Shown: one piece after another, positions 27,606 to 32,000 of the stretch
Position numbering within the stretch: the stretch's first letter is position 1
Layout of the letters: each line of letters opens with the position of its first letter
Source of the DNA: Candidatus Heimdallarchaeota archaeon B3_Heim
GTDB taxonomy: Archaea; Asgardarchaeota; Heimdallarchaeia; Hodarchaeales; Hodarchaeaceae
DNA: 32,000 nucleotides
Direction of reading: 5' to 3'
Assembly: GCA_003144275.1 (NCBI GenBank)
Contig: NJBF01000006.1
Location: 30,001-62,000 of the forward strand
Program-made: the position numbers and the translations under genes
Notes under the pieces: generated by a model
Databases searched by the model: none
What the model was told of the DNA's origin: nothing
What the model saw: only the letters and a program-made list of their open reading frames with translations

Positions 27606-29234
27606 ATGACTTTTCAAGGTACACCCGTATTAATATTAAAAGACGATACCCAACGAACAACTGGAAAAGACGCAGTCGGTAGTAATATCGCTGCGGCTCG
27701 TGTTATCTCTGAAGCAATTCGTTCTGCCCTTGGACCCAAAGGCATGGACAAGATGCTTTTGGACAATTTTGGTGATGTTGTTATTACCAATGATGGTGCT
27801 ACAATTCTGAAAGAGATTGATATTGCCCATCCAGTAGATAAGATGATGGTTGAGCTATCTAAAATTCAAGATCAGGAAGTTGGTGATGGTACAACCAGTG
27901 TTGTTATCCTAGCTGGTGAGATGCTTTCTGAAGCTGCAGAATTAATTTCCAGTGATAAAATCCATCCTACTATTCTTGTAGAAGGATATAGACTAGCTAC
28001 TGAAAAAGCAATTGAATTTCTTAACGAAATTGCTACTGAAGTTTCTGCAGATGATGATAAACTCTTGAAAGAGATTGTTATGACCTCTATGGGATCAAAA
28101 ATTGTCGCCCGATCAAGTGAGATGCTGTCATCAATTGTAATTGATGCCGTTAAAAGCGTTGATCCAGGGACAGGTAAGATCGATATCGATGATATCAAGG
28201 TAGAAAAGAAAGAAGGTGAAGATATTGAAGCAACAATCTTAGTTAAAGGCATTGTTCTTGATAAAGAAGTTGTTCATGTTGGTATGCCTAAAAATCTGGA
28301 AAACCCAAAGATCGCTTTGATTACTGAGGCTTTTGAAGTTTCAAAGACAGAGTTTGATTCTGAACTGAGTATTACCGACCCTTCCAAAATCCAAGAATTC
28401 TTGGATCGTGAGGCCTCAATGCTACAAAAAATGGTAGATAGTGTCGTAGCTGCAGGTGCTAATGTAGTCATCGCCCAAAAAGGCATTGATGATGTTGCAC
28501 AACACCTCTTAGCAAAAGAGAATATTATGGCTATTCGTCGGGTCAAAAAATCCGACATCGAAAAACTGAGTAAAGCTACTGGTGCGGCCATCGTTAATAA
28601 CCTTAGCGATTTATCAGCTGCTGATTTAGGTACTGCTGGTAAAGTTTACGAAACTAAAATCGGTGACGATGACATGATATTTGTTGAAGACTGCCCTGAA
28701 GCTAAAGCTGTTACCATTTTAATTCGTGGAGGCACAGAACTTGTTGTTGATGAAGCTGAAAGATCTATTCACGATGCAGTATGTGTCGTGCGTAATGTTC
28801 TTGAAGATAAAAAAGTAGTTGCAGGTGGCGGCGCTCCAGAGGCATATGTCAGTCGAAAACTACACAAATTCGCCGAATCTCTTATAGGACGTGAACAACT
28901 TGCTGTTGAGGCTTTTGCCAACGCATTAGAAGTAGTCCCCAGAACTCTGGCTGAAAATGCTGGCCTAGATCCTATTGATATCATTGTTGCACTTCGAAAT
29001 GAACATGAAAGTGGGAATTTCAAAGCTGGCGTAGATGTTTTTAAAGGAAAAGTTATGAACATGGATGGAGTCACTGAACCCCTACGTGTGAAAACGCACG
29101 CTATTTCAGCTGCTAGTGAGAATGCTCAAATGATTTTGAGAATTGACGACATTATTTCAGCTAAAGCAGGTGCTGGCCCTGATCCAGGTGGTCCAGGCGG
29201 TCCTGGAGGAATGGGCGGAGACGACTTCGATTAA
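27606..29234 (+). CDS. ths: Thermosome (group II chaperonin) second subunit with Gly/Pro-acidic tail
   Basis: [47 protein letters not shown], tail GPDPGGPGGPGGMGGDDFD. GGAGG ribosome-binding site; 11 nt after the first subunit. Confidence 0.98.
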   Translation: MTFQGTPVLILKDDTQRTTGKDAVGSNIAAARVISEAIRSALGPKGMDKMLLDNFGDVVITNDGATILKEIDIAHPVDKMMVELSKIQDQEVGDGTTSVVILAGEMLSEAAELISSDKIHPTILVEGYRLATEKAIEFLNEIATEVSADDDKLLKEIVMTSMGSKIVARSSEMLSSIVIDAVKSVDPGTGKIDIDDIKVEKKEGEDIEATILVKGIVLDKEVVHVGMPKNLENPKIALITEAFEVSKTEFDSELSITDPSKIQEFLDREASMLQKMVDSVVAAGANVVIAQKGIDDVAQHLLAKENIMAIRRVKKSDIEKLSKATGAAIVNNLSDLSAADLGTAGKVYETKIGDDDMIFVEDCPEAKAVTILIRGGTELVVDEAERSIHDAVCVVRNVLEDKKVVAGGGAPEAYVSRKLHKFAESLIGREQLAVEAFANALEVVPRTLAENAGLDPIDIIVALRNEHESGNFKAGVDVFKGKVMNMDGVTEPLRVKTHAISAASENAQMILRIDDIISAKAGAGPDPGGPGGPGGMGGDDFD

Positions 29235-29247
29235 GAAGTGTCTACGT

Positions 29248-29298
29248 CTTTTTTCTTTCTTTTTATCATAAAATCTCCCTTTTTCCTTTTTTTTTATT
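29248..29298 (+). terminator. Oligo-T terminator after the thermosome pair
   Basis: Two long T-rich tracts starting about 14 nt after the stop. Confidence 0.6.
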
Positions 29299-29451
29299 CA
29301 ATCATCCTGCTTGAGACTAATTCTCCATTTCAAGCCTAAGAATAAACAAGAAGAACTCACTTATATCTCATGCAAATTCGTCAGTTCTTGTTTGGTATTG
29401 GGCTTTCCAAACCGTTTTTAATTCTTAATGATATTTTGGGCTGGTTACTCC

Positions 29452-29781
29452 GTGACAGAGGCGAATGTGGATTATAAGATTGAAATTGGACCTCAAATGC
29501 TGACTAGGTTTGAATATGCGCGTATTTTAGGAGCAAGAGCTCTGCAAATATCGATGGGTGCCCCTGTATTAGCAGAAGCACAGGAAACAAAACAACAACG
29601 GACTCCTGAGGCAGTGCAAGAACAGGGTGATCCTCTTCTAATCGCTGAACAAGAAATTAAAAAACGCCTCCTCCCTATATTAGTTCGAAGAACGCTACCT
29701 GATGGAAGATACCAAGATATTCCCCTTTCACATCTTCTAAAACAATCTGGACGTAAGCACGGAAGGATCATAACAAATTAA
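29452..29781 (+). CDS. rpoK: DNA-directed RNA polymerase subunit K (Rpo6/RPB6)
   Basis: [22 protein letters not shown]...[10 protein letters not shown]...[15 protein letters not shown] 29452 preferred; ATG 29428 possible. Confidence 0.95.
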   Translation: MTEANVDYKIEIGPQMLTRFEYARILGARALQISMGAPVLAEAQETKQQRTPEAVQEQGDPLLIAEQEIKKRLLPILVRRTLPDGRYQDIPLSHLLKQSGRKHGRIITN

Positions 29782-29974
29782 AAAAGATTTCATACTATTA
29801 ACAAGCTCATTCTTTTGTTAGGGTACCATAAGTAGTGGTTCTTTTCACTAGACGCTTGTATTGATACTCCGAATGTAACCTTTTAATATTCAAGACAATA
29901 TCATTCACTCGGAGGCAATTCCTATCCCAAAACCCAAGTCTACCAAAGAGCTTCATGATAAATTTGCAGACAAA

Positions 29975-30595
29975 TTGAAAAAAATCTCTGATTCTGCTGG
30001 TGAAGAAGCAAAATCCTTACTCACCAAAGGGTTACAAAAAACTGCTAGAATTACCTATTTCCCACAAGAATTTTCTACATACTTATTGGATCTGAAACTT
30101 TCTTCTAATTTACCTGTTTCCCTTTTACCTGATGATTTATTTGTAAAACCCAATTTCAAAGGAAAAACTGATTTCTTTCACCGACTAGCGTCCGAGCTCA
30201 TTTCATTTGGATTAGCATATCAACGGGTTAACTTAAAACCAGTTCCTCTGCATAAAATTACCTCTTTATTTCATAAACATCGGCCTTGGTGGCAGTGTGA
30301 CATTCAAGACATTGAAACTGCTCTTGATGTTCTAAAAAAGAATAGTATTGTACGCAAAAAGGAGGATGGTTATATTTTTGAGCCATTCTCAGTATCTAGT
30401 GAGATCAGAACTTTTCTGTCTGCTATTTCCGATGGAATAAGCGATTATGGGGAAATATCCTTGACATTGATTGAGCAATTAGTACCTTGGGAGAACGCTA
30501 GGATCATCGCAATATTAGAAATCCTTACTAGTAATCAGATTTGTATATATGACCAGAAGAACGAATTAGTTTATTTCCCAGGTTTTAAGAAATGA
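29975..30595 (+). CDS. ESCRT-II Vps22/Vps36-like (EAP30) tandem winged-helix protein
   Basis: DFFHRLASELISFGLAYQRVN, DIQDIETALDVLKK, GEISLTLIEQLVPWENARIIAILEILTSNQICIYD and terminal YFPGF align in register with the recalled SNF8/Vps22 consensus (DFYYELGVQIIEVCLALKHRN; DDLIRAIKKL; GYVTVSEIKASLKWETERARQVLEHLLKEGLAWLD; YWLPALF). The frame is open back to 29879, and the true start may be ATC 29924. Confidence 0.8.
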   Translation: MKKISDSAGEEAKSLLTKGLQKTARITYFPQEFSTYLLDLKLSSNLPVSLLPDDLFVKPNFKGKTDFFHRLASELISFGLAYQRVNLKPVPLHKITSLFHKHRPWWQCDIQDIETALDVLKKNSIVRKKEDGYIFEPFSVSSEIRTFLSAISDGISDYGEISLTLIEQLVPWENARIIAILEILTSNQICIYDQKNELVYFPGFKK

Positions 30596-30618
30596 AAGAA
30601 TGAGGAGCCCGAAATTTC

Positions 30619-30918
30619 ATGTTATTTCCTCCCCCAGAGGCATCAAAATTTTATGATGATCGAATATTAATATCTTGGGAAATCTCTCAACCAAAAAATT
30701 GTGATTTACTTCGTGAACTTAAATTTGAGATATCTGGAAAGCCTAAATTAGTTTTTGATCCTAATCAAAGCCCTATTATTGAGTTACCAACGTTAGAAGG
30801 TAACACGGTTATCTTGAATTGGGTCATCAAGCAACCAGAAAAAAGTACAGATATTCACTTATCGATGGAGTCTTCAACGATTAAGGAAACCCAAAAAATT
30901 ACCCTGCTCTCTGAATAA
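30619..30918 (+). CDS. Hypothetical beta-rich protein (99 aa)
   Basis: TGAGGAG ribosome-binding site; 23 nt after the Vps22/36-like gene; alternating hydrophobic strands. Confidence 0.65.
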   Translation: MLFPPPEASKFYDDRILISWEISQPKNCDLLRELKFEISGKPKLVFDPNQSPIIELPTLEGNTVILNWVIKQPEKSTDIHLSMESSTIKETQKITLLSE

Positions 30919-31060
30919 TTATATGATACTGATTCCTTGAAATGAGTGGTTGAAAGCTTTAAAAATTTCTAGAGTAAACGTTACTCGAAGCGTAATTACT
31001 CTTCTAAACACCATAAAACAATAGAATGACGAAGAGACACTCACTAGGATAATGAGCATT

Positions 31061-31276
31061 ATGGGTAAAGTCCGAACATCCGCAGTAAAAGTAATTTCAC
31101 GAGAAATTGTGAAAGCATATGAATCACATTTATCTCCAGATTCGTTTGAACATAATAAAGACATAGTCTCGAAAGTGGCTCATATCCATTCCAAGAGGTT
31201 TAGGAATCAAATTGCTGGATATGTTACGCATCAGTTAAAGCTGAAAAAGTTACGTGAAGAGTCCTACGAAGATTGA
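31061..31276 (+). CDS. rps17e: 30S ribosomal protein S17e
   Basis: MGKVRT...FEHNK...SKRFRNQIAGYVTH. ATG 31052 is an alternative start. Confidence 0.96.
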   Translation: MGKVRTSAVKVISREIVKAYESHLSPDSFEHNKDIVSKVAHIHSKRFRNQIAGYVTHQLKLKKLREESYED

Positions 31277-31512
31277 ATCTATTTTTCTGCGAGTAATCGG
31301 ACCAACATTAACAATTTTGCATTTTTATGAGAGATTAAGCTGGTTTTCTTCTAATTTGAGCTTAGCTTTCAAGTTTCTAGTCTTTTAAAGATGAAACAAT
31401 GGTTTATTAGAAGGTATATGGAGAAAACCTCATCGCCATTGCTCTCTCTAAATTATCTCATGGTTACATAGATTTTCTTAATTCGACGAAAAAAGTAAGT
31501 GTGAATCGTTCT

Positions 31513-31695
31513 ATGGCAGATAGTCCTCCACTTGGTGTACGCATAAAAGTTGAAGAAACTAAAGAGCGGTGTGGGAAGTGTAAGGCGCCATTCATCATGG
31601 AAGTTTATCTGGATCCATTAAGTGAAAGAAGATCGACAAGAGTCTACTGTAAGAATTGTCACTATGATGTCCCATTGGAGGAAAATGATTATTGA
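31513..31695 (+). CDS. Small zinc-ribbon protein
   Basis: CGKC...CKNC pairs. ATG 31513 preferred over GTG 31501. Confidence 0.7.
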   Translation: MADSPPLGVRIKVEETKERCGKCKAPFIMEVYLDPLSERRSTRVYCKNCHYDVPLEENDY

Positions 31696-32000
31696 GGTCT
31701 GCTAAACCTCCTGAATTTTATTTTGAGTGTCAACAGAGTGGTCTTTGTTGTTGTGATCCAAAGATTATTGTTACTACAACTTTTCTCGATATCTATAGCT
31801 TATATTTAGCGCTAGAGAGAGAATTTGACTACCTCCTGAAAAAATTATCATTTTACAGGATCGATACTGACCTAAGTCCTGAATCACGGAAGAAATTAGT
31901 TCTCTCAGCTATCCACACATCTGATGGTGAAATAATTCCAGGTCTGAGAAAAATTAATGGACAAAATTGTGTCTTTTACACCAGACCAAATTGCTCAATT
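31692..32000 (+). CDS. YkgJ/UPF0153 cysteine-cluster protein (partial, runs off the window end)
   Basis: Not in the ORF track. The TTG overlaps the upstream TGA (TTGA). Translation MRSAKPPEFYFECQQSGLCCCDPK...NCVFYTRPNCSI shows the F-x-C...CC and C-x-F...C-x-I pattern. Confidence 0.8.
   Translation, partial: MRSAKPPEFYFECQQSGLCCCDPKIIVTTTFLDIYSLYLALEREFDYLLKKLSFYRIDTDLSPESRKKLVLSAIHTSDGEIIPGLRKINGQNCVFYTRPNCSI

Noticed and set aside
26295-29074. Several 90-126 aa antisense ORFs within the thermosome genes
   Set aside because: Typical stop-poor antisense frames of highly expressed genes; no protein signal.
1-32000. tRNA, rRNA, CRISPR arrays, transposases and integrases
   Set aside because: All intergenic regions are short and AT-rich, with no cloverleaf, repeat-spacer pattern, terminal inverted repeats or recombinase motifs seen by eye.

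Overview
AT-rich archaeal chromosomal window, very probably from an Asgard archaeon. Archaeal origin is shown by an HMf-type histone, two thermosome subunits, RpoK and S17e. Asgard origin is inferred from a Vps22/Vps36-like ESCRT-II protein. The left ~22 kb is a nucleobase/carbamoyl-phosphate super-cluster. It holds a carbamate kinase (window edge, absent from the ORF track), an MFS transporter and a de novo UMP set (pyrE, pyrF, pyrC, pyrK, pyrD, pyrI, pyrB; no carAB seen). pyrB is preceded by a 66-codon CTP-synthase stub. The cluster also has a YgeW-like non-canonical carbamoyltransferase, an orphan 566-aa protein and a complete five-step reductive pyrimidine degradation set. That set comprises PreA without PreT, dihydropyrimidinase, nitrilase-type beta-ureidopropionase, a class III aminotransferase and malonate-semialdehyde dehydrogenase, with an embedded degenerate ferritin-like protein and a methyltransferase. 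A 1-Cys peroxiredoxin and an SsnA-like amidohydrolase end the cluster. The right ~10 kb has a secreted C-anchored PLD, a hairpin-flanked histone gene, tandem thermosome genes, rpoK, a stand-alone ESCRT-II gene, rps17e, a zinc-ribbon protein and a partial YkgJ-family gene. No rRNA, tRNA, CRISPR array or mobile element was seen. All family calls rest on motif recognition from memory, not database searches.
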